Assembly: GCA_029856155.1 (NCBI GenBank)
Contig: JAHQWL010000052.1
Span: 96,001-160,000 of the forward strand
Reading direction: 5' to 3'
DNA from: Promethearchaeia archaeon
GTDB lineage: Archaea > Asgardarchaeota > Lokiarchaeia > Sigyniarchaeales > SOKP01
DNA: 64,000 nucleotides
This document shows, one piece after another, positions 19,437-28,691 of the stretch. Position numbers and translations under genes: made by a program. The stretch's first letter is position 1. Each line of letters starts with the position of its first letter. Under the pieces are notes generated by a model. The model was not told the DNA's origin. It worked only from the letters and a program-made list of their open reading frames with translations, and searched no databases.

Positions 19437-20891
19437 TTACGATTTTTCTAAATGGAATATACCTGAAATAATCGATAATACAGCACCAATTAATAAGAAT
19501 AAACCCATTAAAAAGATACTTAAATCTCCTAAATCAATGAAATTGTAAAATACGCCCATTGAGATGATTATAAAAAAAACACCCATACCAATTAAGATTC
19601 CTCCAAAAAATTTAGAAGCACGATAGATAGCTGATAATACTTCTAATCTATGAATTCGGCTTTCCTTATCTCTAATTTCTTTCTCTTGACTTTCTAATTC
19701 TATTTTCAATTTTTGCAAGATTGTTCTAGAATCATTGGTACTGTTTTCAATTGCTTCTTTTGCTTTATTTAATTTCTCATGATCGGTTTCCAGACGTTTT
19801 AATTTTTCTGTTAATGCTTCTAAGCGCTTTTCTCGTTCAATATATTCTGTATTTGATGTTTCAATGTCTTTTTTTAATTCAGCTACCCGTTTTTCATTTG
19901 CTTCGATTAAATTTTCCTTTGAAATGATTTGTTCAATCAAAGAATTGGCTGAGCCATTAAGTTCCTGTATACGAGATTCAATCTCTATCATTTGTTGTTG
20001 TTTATCAGCTAACTGTATTTTATATTTAGCAAGAAGTTCCTCATATGTTTCTCTTTGTTTTTCCATTTCAGGAAAACCCTCTTTGTATTCTTCTAGCCTT
20101 GATTCAATTTCTTTAATTCTTCTTTCTTTTTTATCAATTTGTTCAGTAAGCAGATTTTTTTCTTCTTCTTTTGCTTCAATTTCTGAATTTGAATGTTCTA
20201 ATTCAATTTTATTCTTGCTAATAGAGACTCGCAAAGTCTCATTTTCAGCTCGTTGACTCTTTAATTTCTTTTCTATTGCTTCCGCTTCTTCTCTTTGCTT
20301 TTCAAGTAACTCTTCGCTCGTTTGGATCTCTTGATTCATTTTAGATAATTTAGTGCGAAGTTCATCTTGAGTAGTAACCTTTTCTTTTATTGAATCTGTA
20401 AGTACAATTAAATCTACTTGTCTAGTCTCGTACTGTTTTACTAATTGTTCATTATTTTTCAAAAGTTCCATGAAATCTTGTTCCAAATTCTCTTTACTTT
20501 CTGTAGTAATGCTTAATCTCTCCTCTATATTACTCATCTCATCAGTTTTACTATTATATTTTTCCTCAAGCTCTTTTATTGTTTCTTCTATCGCATTAAG
20601 ATATTCTTCTTTATCATCTATCTTTTTATTAAGAGAATTTAGTTTTTCTTGAGCTTGTTTTATTTCTTCGCTAACTTCTTCGATAGCTTTCTTCTCAATC
20701 TCTTTTTCTTCTACTGCTTCTCCATTTGTTATGGTCCCTGATATATCTTCAATACTATTTTCGAATGTTCTTAGTTTTTTATCTATCATATCTCTTGAGT
20801 TTTTAGCTTTAGATAAAAATTCCTTATCAACTCTGTCCGTTTCCTTTTCCGACTTACTTTCCTTTTCTTCTCCGTTAAATTCGTCTGTCAT
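19437..20891 (-). CDS. Long coiled-coil protein with a C-terminal membrane anchor
   Basis: About 380 aa of E/K-rich heptads, then two hydrophobic helices at the C-terminus. Confidence 0.8.
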   Translation of the reverse strand: MTDEFNGEEKESKSEKETDRVDKEFLSKAKNSRDMIDKKLRTFENSIEDISGTITNGEAVEEKEIEKKAIEEVSEEIKQAQEKLNSLNKKIDDKEEYLNAIEETIKELEEKYNSKTDEMSNIEERLSITTESKENLEQDFMELLKNNEQLVKQYETRQVDLIVLTDSIKEKVTTQDELRTKLSKMNQEIQTSEELLEKQREEAEAIEKKLKSQRAENETLRVSISKNKIELEHSNSEIEAKEEEKNLLTEQIDKKERRIKEIESRLEEYKEGFPEMEKQRETYEELLAKYKIQLADKQQQMIEIESRIQELNGSANSLIEQIISKENLIEANEKRVAELKKDIETSNTEYIEREKRLEALTEKLKRLETDHEKLNKAKEAIENSTNDSRTILQKLKIELESQEKEIRDKESRIHRLEVLSAIYRASKFFGGILIGMGVFFIIISMGVFYNFIDLGDLSIFLMGLFLLIGAVLSIISGIFHLEKS

Positions 20892-21187
20892 TTTATAATT
20901 GTTGGGTTATGATAATTAATACCTCATATAGAATTAGAATATGTAAATTTAATTAATTTTTGAAAATGCAAAATTTTTGGTTAAATATGTCTCGATTTAA
21001 ATAATCGATCATTATAGATATACACATCTAATAAGTTTCTTATGTTAAAATACTTATTCAGATATTTAAATGTTGATTTTTTCTGTACTATATTTAGGCA
21101 ATAGGATAAAATTAATGAATAAATTTATATATGATTATGTTTTAAATGGTAAATTGGATTATTCTAAATCGATAAACAAATATTTAT

Positions 21188-21271
21188 GGGGTTTATGTGT
21201 CTTTTGACCGGATTGAATGATATCGGTAATACTTTATCTATGATTCGCGTTTGAGCAGGCACATTAACCCC
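21188..21271 (+). ncRNA. Candidate structured non-coding RNA
   Basis: Closing stem GGGGTTTATGTGTCT/AGGCACATTAACCCC plus inner hairpin ACCG(G)AT...ATCGGT; locally GC-rich within an AT-rich spacer. Confidence 0.4.
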
Positions 21272-21301
21272 TCCTAATTTCTTTTTACTTTATAGGTTTT
21301 G

Positions 21302-22276
21302 CTAACCTATTTTTTTTTCCATCAATTTAATAGCATCTTCATATGAAGTATTAGCCATGGGACCAAAAGATTCAACCTTAAGAGCTCCAACCGCATTTGC
21401 GAATGTACCACATTTGCAAAAATCCCAACCTGCTAAGTATCCAATGATAAAAGCACCCCCAAAAGAATCACCTGCTCCGGTGGGATCTCTTTCAACTGCT
21501 TTATATCCTTTAACATTTTGACCTTCATATTCATCAGAAGTAAAAATAGTACAACCTTCTTTTCCTTGTTTTAACACAACCATTTCTGGTCCCATCTCAA
21601 GTAATTTTTGGCAAGCATTTTTTGATCCATTTACTCCAGCTAGCATTTCAGCTTCCTCTCCACTCGGAAGTAAAATTTTTGTATTTTCTAAGACAGGTAT
21701 GCTCATCTCTAAAATGGTTTTGATATCTAACATTTCAGGTCTAATATTTGGATCAAATGAGATTATAACATCTGAATTAAATTCTTTTGCGATTTTTATC
21801 GCTTTATAACATGCATCTCGAGATTTTTTACTAATTGAAAGTGCACTTCCCATAATGTGGAGATTTTTTATATTCTTGAAGAATTCTGCTCTAACATCCT
21901 CTGGAGATGTTTCTCCAGCAGCACCTTTTGCAAAAATAAACTTACGAGAACCATCAGAATTATATTGATTGAACGCGATTCCAGTTGTTAATTTTTCACT
22001 GATTCTAATTTGTGAAGTTTCGATCTCATCATTTTTTAATTTTTCAATTATGCATAACCCAAATTCATCATTTCCTATTACTCCAATAATTCCTGTTGTA
22101 AATTTAAAAGTCTTTCCCATACGAGCTGCTGTATCAATATATATTGCTGGTGCTCCACTAGGGAATGGTCCCCTATATATAGCTCCAAGATTTCCATGCG
22201 GAGTATCTTTTTCTTCACGCATGATTTCTACTAGTAATTCACCAAGAGAAATTATATCCGGATACATCATTACCAT
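21302..22276 (-). CDS. PfkB-family carbohydrate kinase
   Basis: GELLVE, SGAPA, SFDPNIR, DPTGAGDSFGG. Confidence 0.92.
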   Translation of the reverse strand: MVMMYPDIISLGELLVEIMREEKDTPHGNLGAIYRGPFPSGAPAIYIDTAARMGKTFKFTTGIIGVIGNDEFGLCIIEKLKNDEIETSQIRISEKLTTGIAFNQYNSDGSRKFIFAKGAAGETSPEDVRAEFFKNIKNLHIMGSALSISKKSRDACYKAIKIAKEFNSDVIISFDPNIRPEMLDIKTILEMSIPVLENTKILLPSGEEAEMLAGVNGSKNACQKLLEMGPEMVVLKQGKEGCTIFTSDEYEGQNVKGYKAVERDPTGAGDSFGGAFIIGYLAGWDFCKCGTFANAVGALKVESFGPMANTSYEDAIKLMEKKIG

Positions 22277-22345
22277 TGAATCTCTATCTAATTTAATTAT
22301 TTTAAAAAAAGATTTTTTTTCATAAGAAAAAATTATCTGAAAACC

Positions 22346-23185
22346 TTATTTTATGAATTTCTGTTTAAAGGCTTCGATAGTGCTTGAAATTTCATTAATA
22401 TGAAGTTTTAGTTCTTTTGGATGCAATTGTTTCAATTTATCTAAATTATCAATAATATCTTTCATTTCATCAATCCATAAATTCATGAGAATTTCCTTCT
22501 CTTTGTTTTTGCATGCTAGTTTTATTTCTTCATCAATCCACTCTTTAGCACTTTCGTGTATCTGTCTTTTAAGTACATCCACAGTTATTTTGACTAAATC
22601 TTGTTCACTTTTAAGATTCTCCAATATAGGTTTAAGATTGTTTTTATACTCTATATTTTCTTCATTAAATTTTTTAAACATATCTCTAAGAATATCTTCT
22701 TTAGTATCAAAATCTTCTTTAACAACATTCAGATTATCTGAAAAATCTTTATTCATTAGTGTTATATTATCTTTAAGAGCCTTTATTTCATTTTTAAAAT
22801 TATCTATACGTTCATTTAACTTTTTATCAAATGTTTTAAATTTTTCTTCTACTTCCAATTTAATCCTTTTAAAGTTTTCATCCATTTTGCGATCAAGATT
22901 AGTGTATTTTTCTTTTAATTCTTCTTCCAACATATTCGCTAAATCTTCAATTTTCTTATTAGTTATATTTCCTTGTTTATCCCCTTTCAGATCCAATTGT
23001 ATGACTTGTTCTTTTACTTGTTGTTCTAATTTATTGATATGATCGGCTAATTTCTTTTCTAGATTATTAGCTTGATCACTTATTTTTTGTGGAGTCTTTT
23101 TAGATAGCTCATTCAATTTTTGATCTAATTTACTAACTTGCTCTTTTAATTTCTGATAATCCTTTAAATTAATTTCTTCCGACAT
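22346..23185 (-). CDS. Soluble coiled-coil protein
   Basis: Almost entirely helical, E/K/L-rich heptads. Confidence 0.75.
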   Translation of the reverse strand: MSEEINLKDYQKLKEQVSKLDQKLNELSKKTPQKISDQANNLEKKLADHINKLEQQVKEQVIQLDLKGDKQGNITNKKIEDLANMLEEELKEKYTNLDRKMDENFKRIKLEVEEKFKTFDKKLNERIDNFKNEIKALKDNITLMNKDFSDNLNVVKEDFDTKEDILRDMFKKFNEENIEYKNNLKPILENLKSEQDLVKITVDVLKRQIHESAKEWIDEEIKLACKNKEKEILMNLWIDEMKDIIDNLDKLKQLHPKELKLHINEISSTIEAFKQKFIK

Positions 23186-23253
23186 TTTATTTATCCTCTT
23201 TGCAAATAAAACTTTTATATCTTATTTCTAGGCAACTTTTCCAATTCTTGTTT

Positions 23254-24243
23254 TTACGATTGATTTTTTTTAACTTTAGAGATAATCTTTACTAATTCAA
23301 ATTCTTCTATATTTAATTTCAATAATAAATCTACACTTGCTTCAAAATCTTTCTTAGTGGATGTAAAAAGATTTTTTAAGTTATTGATTAAATCTTTAAC
23401 TGGTTTACCAGACGATCTTTGTATATATTTTATTGTTTTGTTAAGTTCGGAGATATTAATTAGAAATTGATCCATAACTTCATTTTTATGTGTTTCATTT
23501 TTTTCTAATTCTTGTCTTAAAAAATCAAAATATTTTAGATCGTTGATTTCTTTATCGATAGTGCTTTCTTCCTTGACGCTCTGTTTTATCTTTACTTTCT
23601 CTACAGTTGAATCAACGTTGGTTAAATCTATCAATTGATATTTTAATTCTTCTTCATTTTTACCAATTAAATTTAGAAACGTTGTTGATGTATTGCTAGG
23701 AACATCATCAGGATTCAATAACTCTGCTTTTCTTAAAAATGTATAAATTAATAATTCAAAACATTTATTAACTCCTTCACCTGTTTTGGCAGAAATTAGA
23801 TATACATGATCTTTTTTAGTCAGTAACTCTTTTAATGTAGTATTAAGCTTTTTACTGTTAGAAATTAAATCCATTTTATTTCCAACTAATATTGTTATAA
23901 AATCATCAGAATATCGATTCAAATTTTCCAAAAACTCTTTTTTTAAATTTAAAAATGTTTCTTCGGGTTTTGTTAAATCAAAAACTAAAAGAGCTCCATC
24001 TGTATTGGTATATAATGTTGGATTAAAAGGATTGAATGACCGTTGTCCCCCTGCATCCCAAAGTGTAATGCTTAAAATTTTTTCTTTTTCTTTAAGTATA
24101 TATTTTTTTTTAGCTGTTTCATTACCAATCGTAGGCAAGTATTGTTCGGGAAATTCTTTCCCTAAAAAGGTATTTATAATTGAAGTTTTCCCTACAGATG
24201 CTTCTCCAAGAACCACTAATTTTAAATTAATAGAGCCTTCCAA
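23254..24243 (-). CDS. Rab/Ras-like small GTPase with a C-terminal helical extension
   Basis: G1 GEASVGKTS, G2 PTIG, G3 WDAGGQ, G4 NKMD, G5 SAK; about 150-aa helical tail. Confidence 0.9.
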   Translation of the reverse strand: MEGSINLKLVVLGEASVGKTSIINTFLGKEFPEQYLPTIGNETAKKKYILKEKEKILSITLWDAGGQRSFNPFNPTLYTNTDGALLVFDLTKPEETFLNLKKEFLENLNRYSDDFITILVGNKMDLISNSKKLNTTLKELLTKKDHVYLISAKTGEGVNKCFELLIYTFLRKAELLNPDDVPSNTSTTFLNLIGKNEEELKYQLIDLTNVDSTVEKVKIKQSVKEESTIDKEINDLKYFDFLRQELEKNETHKNEVMDQFLINISELNKTIKYIQRSSGKPVKDLINNLKNLFTSTKKDFEASVDLLLKLNIEEFELVKIISKVKKNQS

Positions 24244-24559
24244 CTCATTAATCGCCTATAAAGAAATTTAAATTCTTTTTATTAAAAATTTACTGCTAAT
24301 TAAATATCCAATTAGAATTATTTTTATATAAAAACAAAAATGGAACTTATATTTAAATATATTTAAGAAACATACTCTTGGAACCTTCATGAACATGTTT
24401 CTAATTATTTAACCAAACAAAATAACATTTATTTAAAAAGAATGCTACCTAATAATCATTTTTAAATTGATAAAAGGTTTAAATTCTTTTCTTATTTTTC
24501 AATATCATTACTATAATATTATTATAAATATAGAAAAGAGTTAAAAGGGGTATAAGTAA

Positions 24560-25597
24560 ATGGGTTTAAAAACAAACATAACTGAAATGCTTGGAATTAA
24601 GCATCCAATTATAGCGGCGCCTATGGGCCCGTTTTACACTAAAGAATTAACTGTTGCGGTTTCTGAAGCAGGAGGTTTAGGTGTTTTAAGTCATACTAAT
24701 CTATTCGGGAAAAATAGCTTAGAAGAAATGAAAAAGGATATGGAATTTGTAATCGAGCATACTGATAAATCATTTGGTTTTAATGTAAGAACATCAAGAA
24801 TACAGTTAGATGCTCCAGGGCTCTGTCGTGGGATTTCAAGATTTATTATGGATAATCCGAAATTAAAAGAACAATGTATTTACGCAGTAACAAGTGCAGG
24901 GTCAGCTAAACAATTACCAAAAACAAAATCATTTCAAAGATTAAGAGAAAGTGGTTCTAATATTAAGCATTTTCACGTTGCTCCCGCATTATGGCTAGCT
25001 GGAAAGTGTATTGACGCGGGAGTTGATGGGGTTGTATTGACAGGATACGAAGGTGGAGGTCATCAATCTTACGAAAAAATTAGCACATTAGTACTCCTTC
25101 AACAAGTCAAGCGAAAATATCCAGATCTACCTTTTATAGCATGTGGAGGATTTGCAAGTGGAGAAGGTTTAGCTTCTGCATTAACAATGGGAGCAGGAGC
25201 AATTGCTATGGGTTCAAGATTTATCGCCTCAAAAGAGAGTGAATTTCATGAAAGTTATAAAAATGTTGTGCCATCTGCGAAATCAAGTGATACAATATAT
25301 GTAACAGGAGTACTAGGTCCAATACGACTTTGGAAAAATAATTATTCTTTACATCATGGAGTTGTTTCAAGTAAGGAAGAAAAGTTAGCAATGGAAGCAC
25401 AAATAACTCCCGCAATGGCATTAGAAGATCAGAAATTTTATGAAATAACTTATGACGGTAATATTAATGATGGAGCAGTTCTTTTAGGTCAAAGTATAGG
25501 TATGATTAATTCGATAGAAACAGTTCAAGATATTATTGATGATATCGTTAAAGGTGCGGAAAAAAGGTTAAAAGAAGCTAATTCATATATAATTTAA
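24560..25597 (+). CDS. Nitronate monooxygenase/FabK-like FMN oxidoreductase
   Basis: HPIIAAPMG, VSEAGGLG, GYEGGGH, ACGGFASG, MGSRFIA. Confidence 0.88.
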   Translation: MGLKTNITEMLGIKHPIIAAPMGPFYTKELTVAVSEAGGLGVLSHTNLFGKNSLEEMKKDMEFVIEHTDKSFGFNVRTSRIQLDAPGLCRGISRFIMDNPKLKEQCIYAVTSAGSAKQLPKTKSFQRLRESGSNIKHFHVAPALWLAGKCIDAGVDGVVLTGYEGGGHQSYEKISTLVLLQQVKRKYPDLPFIACGGFASGEGLASALTMGAGAIAMGSRFIASKESEFHESYKNVVPSAKSSDTIYVTGVLGPIRLWKNNYSLHHGVVSSKEEKLAMEAQITPAMALEDQKFYEITYDGNINDGAVLLGQSIGMINSIETVQDIIDDIVKGAEKRLKEANSYII

Positions 25598-25735
25598 GTA
25601 TTAATTCAATAAACACTTAAATTATTTTTTTTCTTATTCTAAAATATTTTCTGATAAAATCTTCGTTAGAGAAAATGAATTCAAAAAAAAAATTCAAATT
25701 GCTTAGATATCTAATTAAAGTTCCTTATATTAAAT

Positions 25736-25966
25736 ATGGAGGTGTTTGTTATAGGTAAAAATGATGATGATGATGATATTGTTTATTGTAAAAATTGCCA
25801 AAAGGAAATACTCCAAAAAAACGCAATTTATGTAGGTGGAAAACCTTATTGTAAAAAATGTTATCGTGATGCTGAAGAGTATGAGATCATTGAAGATGCT
25901 GAAGAAGATGATGACGACGATGATGATGACGACGATGATGATGATTACGATGATGATGATGATTAA
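25736..25966 (+). CDS. Small zinc-finger (half-LIM-like) protein with a poly-Asp tail
   Basis: CKNC-x16-YCKKCY; acidic N-terminal patch and C-terminal D13-Y-D5. Confidence 0.75.
   Translation: MEVFVIGKNDDDDDIVYCKNCQKEILQKNAIYVGGKPYCKKCYRDAEEYEIIEDAEEDDDDDDDDDDDDDYDDDDD
25907..25963 (+). repeat. (GAY)n trinucleotide run encoding poly-Asp
   Basis: Mixed GAT/GAC codons interrupted by one TAC. Confidence 0.85.
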
Positions 25967-26005
25967 ACTATATACAATAGGAATACACATATTTAATTGA
26001 TATAA

Positions 26006-26482
26006 ATGGCAAGTAAAAGACAAGAAATTGGACCATACGATTATATTGAGTATTTTAAGCGAAATACAGCTTTAATGGTCTCGATGGATAAAAATGGAAA
26101 ACTTAATGTTATGGCTTTAGATTGGAAGACTATTGAAGAATTAGATGGTATCCCTGTTATTAGAGCACAGGTAGCGTATAGTCGATATACTTATCAATTA
26201 CTCACTGAGGGAGTTAATGAATTTACTGTAAATATACCCTCAGAGAATAATTATGAGGCAATAGATATTGCGGGTTCTTATTCGGGTAGAAATACTAACA
26301 AATTCAAACAAGCAGGATTGGAAACCATTCCGGGAAAAAAAACAAAAGTACCTACAATAAAAGATTGTATTTTAAGCTATGAATGTCAAATTATTCATAC
26401 GAGTAAATCAAATATGAGCAGTCACCATTATTTTTATGGAAAGATTCTAACTGCTTATGCATCTAATGAAATTACCAAATAA
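26006..26482 (+). CDS. Flavin reductase-like protein
   Basis: NVMALDW, RYTY, EFTVNIP, GSYSGRNTNKF, YECQI, HH.FYG. Confidence 0.85.
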   Translation: MASKRQEIGPYDYIEYFKRNTALMVSMDKNGKLNVMALDWKTIEELDGIPVIRAQVAYSRYTYQLLTEGVNEFTVNIPSENNYEAIDIAGSYSGRNTNKFKQAGLETIPGKKTKVPTIKDCILSYECQIIHTSKSNMSSHHYFYGKILTAYASNEITK

Positions 26483-26502
26483 TTTTTTATTTTATTATAA
26501 AA

Positions 26503-26913
26503 TTATTTTTCACAAAAACACCCTGAACTGTTTAAAATCTTTTCACCGCAAGGGCATTCTTCGGGATGGTCATATTTTTCACAGATTTTATTTATTGTTT
26601 CACATGAAAAAAGTAAGCTAAATTTTTCACTTTCATTGTGAGCTTTAGTTGGATGGAGTCCTAATTCATTATATAACAGAACTTCGAGAAGCCTGCTATG
26701 TCGGTTCAATTCTTTTGCTAATTCAATACCATTTTTAGTTAAATCTACTTCATAATATGGTTGATAATTGACAAAATTACGTTGTTTTAGTCTTTTAATA
26801 CAACTACCAAGAGTAGAATGTGGTAGGTTTAACTCTTTTTTTATTTCGCCAATTTTCATTGATTTCTGTGATTTAAATAAAAACTTTATAACAAGACAAT
26901 CTAAATCTATCAT
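26503..26913 (-). CDS. DtxR/MntR-family metal-dependent regulator
   Basis: N-terminal HTH; YQPYYEVDLTKNG; RHSRLLE; HPEECPCG. Confidence 0.88.
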   Translation of the reverse strand: MIDLDCLVIKFLFKSQKSMKIGEIKKELNLPHSTLGSCIKRLKQRNFVNYQPYYEVDLTKNGIELAKELNRHSRLLEVLLYNELGLHPTKAHNESEKFSLLFSCETINKICEKYDHPEECPCGEKILNSSGCFCEK

Positions 26914-26943
26914 TTTATAAACTCCTCCAGCATTATTGATTGA

Positions 26944-27702
26944 TTAATGTTCATGTCCTCCAACTATTAATATAAAGCCCATAATGATAATACCTAACAT
27001 TACTAAAATTAATTGTCTTATGATTTCTTTTGTACCTGTCTTTTCATGTAATTTTGGTGTTAAATCCGATAATGCTATGTAAATAAAACTAGCTGCTGAG
27101 ATTGCTAAAAATATTGGTGTAAGAAAGGCAAAAATACCAATAATATAATAGCTAATAATAGCAGCTGGTATTGTAGATAAGCTAGATATTAAATTATAGA
27201 TGAATGCTTTTTTTTTTAGCATTCCACCGTGAAGGAGTATGCCAAAATCGCCTATCTCCTGAGGTATCTCATGAATTATTATTGTAATACCGACTGCAAT
27301 ACCGATATTAAAATCTGTAATAAAGGCAGTTGCAATAAGAACTCCATCTGTAAAATTGTGAAAAGCATCTCCTACAAGAATTATAGATGCTGTAGCATTA
27401 CTATGAACTTCACAACTGTTATTTTGACAATTCCGCCAAATTAGAAATTTTTCTAAGAAAAAGAAAAATAGAATACCTCCTAATATAAAATACATGATTG
27501 AATGAGGGTCACCTGGTGAACTCTCGATCGCTTCAGGAATTAAACCTAAAAATGAAGCAGTAAGTAATGTTCCTGTCGCAAATGAAATTAAAGCAGAAAC
27601 GATTCTCTTTTGCATATTTTCTTTAAAAAGAATGAAGCCTGAAGCTGCTAGTATAGCCCCAACACTTCCAAAAATACTAAACAAAATAATCCAAATTAAC
27701 AT
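26944..27702 (-). CDS. ZIP-family divalent metal transporter
   Basis: FATGTLL, GDAFHNFTDG, HEIPQEIGDF, YIALSDL. Confidence 0.92.
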   Translation of the reverse strand: MLIWIILFSIFGSVGAILAASGFILFKENMQKRIVSALISFATGTLLTASFLGLIPEAIESSPGDPHSIMYFILGGILFFFFLEKFLIWRNCQNNSCEVHSNATASIILVGDAFHNFTDGVLIATAFITDFNIGIAVGITIIIHEIPQEIGDFGILLHGGMLKKKAFIYNLISSLSTIPAAIISYYIIGIFAFLTPIFLAISAASFIYIALSDLTPKLHEKTGTKEIIRQLILVMLGIIIMGFILIVGGHEH

Positions 27703-27722
27703 TATTTATCAATTCAGTTTCG

Positions 27723-28478
27723 TTATAATATGGATTTTAACATAAATATTAATATCATTGTAATTATTCCAGCAAACAGTAAAATCAGTTGTCTTAAGCT
27801 ATGTTTTAATCCTAATTTTTGATGCAATTCAGGTGTTAAATCTGATAAGGCAATATAAAGAAAACTTGCTGCTGAAATTGCTAGAACATAGGGAATTGCC
27901 AAGGAAATTAAATCTAAAAGAAAATACCCTATTATTGCAGCAGGTATGGTTGCAACTCCTGAAAGAAGATTATATAAAAAAGCTTTTTTTTTTGAATAAT
28001 TCTTATCAATGAGTATTGCTAAATCGCCAATCTCTTGGGGAATTTCATGAGCTATAACAGAAAGACTAATAGCAATTCCAAAAGTAAAATTAATTAAAAA
28101 AGATGCGGCAATTACAATACCATCTACAAAATTATGAAATGCATCACCTATAAGAATAACTGGACCTGCAGCTTCACCCGTTACAACACACTCAGCGTCG
28201 TGACAATGACGCCAAATGACCAATTTTTCAAGAATAAAAAAAAATATAAGACCTCCTAAAAAGTATGTCATTACAATTTGTATTGCATCTCCCGCTTTCG
28301 ATATAGCTGTAGGAATCATTCCCAATGATGCTGCGGCTAGTAACGTACCCGTAGCATAAGCAACCAAACTGGAAACTAGTGATTTTTGAATATTTTTAGT
28401 TAAATTAAGAAAAATAAAAGCTAAAACTATAGCTCCAATACTCCCTAAAACACTAAACAATATAATCCATAGAAGAAT
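27723..28478 (-). CDS. ZIP-family divalent metal transporter (tandem paralog; ATT start)
   Basis: HNFVDG and HEIPQE motifs. Extending to ATT at 28476-28478 gives ILLWIILFS, which aligns with MLIWIILFS of the paralog; TAA lies directly before the ATT. Confidence 0.9.
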   Translation of the reverse strand: MLLWIILFSVLGSIGAIVLAFIFLNLTKNIQKSLVSSLVAYATGTLLAAASLGMIPTAISKAGDAIQIVMTYFLGGLIFFFILEKLVIWRHCHDAECVVTGEAAGPVILIGDAFHNFVDGIVIAASFLINFTFGIAISLSVIAHEIPQEIGDLAILIDKNYSKKKAFLYNLLSGVATIPAAIIGYFLLDLISLAIPYVLAISAASFLYIALSDLTPELHQKLGLKHSLRQLILLFAGIITMILIFMLKSIL

Positions 28479-28537
28479 TTATTATCACTTCAAATAGAAA
28501 TAAAATTATTTTTTTTAGTTTTTTAATTAATAAAAAT

Positions 28538-28555
28538 TTTACGATTCATCGTAAA
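28538..28555. promoter_or_regulatory. Palindromic operator, probably for the DtxR-family regulator
   Basis: TTTACGAT-TC-ATCGTAAA perfect inverted repeat about 60 bp upstream of the ZIP-ZIP-DtxR operon. Confidence 0.65.
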
Positions 28556-28691
28556 TTTTTACATAAAATCATATAAATTAATCTCTATTAAATTTTCTCA
28601 CAAAAGAACAAAGGTTGTCAAAAGGACTTAATAATAAAAAAACCCAATTAATTAATAAATCAAAATTAATATTTGTCTTAGAGGTTATTTC

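Noticed and set aside
21188-21271. Reading the hairpin as a SECIS element, tRNA or C/D guide
   Set aside because: No adjacent gene with an in-frame UGA, no cloverleaf, and no canonical RUGAUGA/CUGA boxes
19864-23042. Antisense ORFs 19864-20256, 20470-20652, 21969-22325 and 22485-23042, and the many similar shadow ORFs across the window
   Set aside because: They lie opposite well-supported genes and are S/F/I/L-rich mirror translations with no motifs
25730-26023. Minus-strand poly-Ile 'membrane protein'
   Set aside because: It is the reverse complement of the poly-Asp codons
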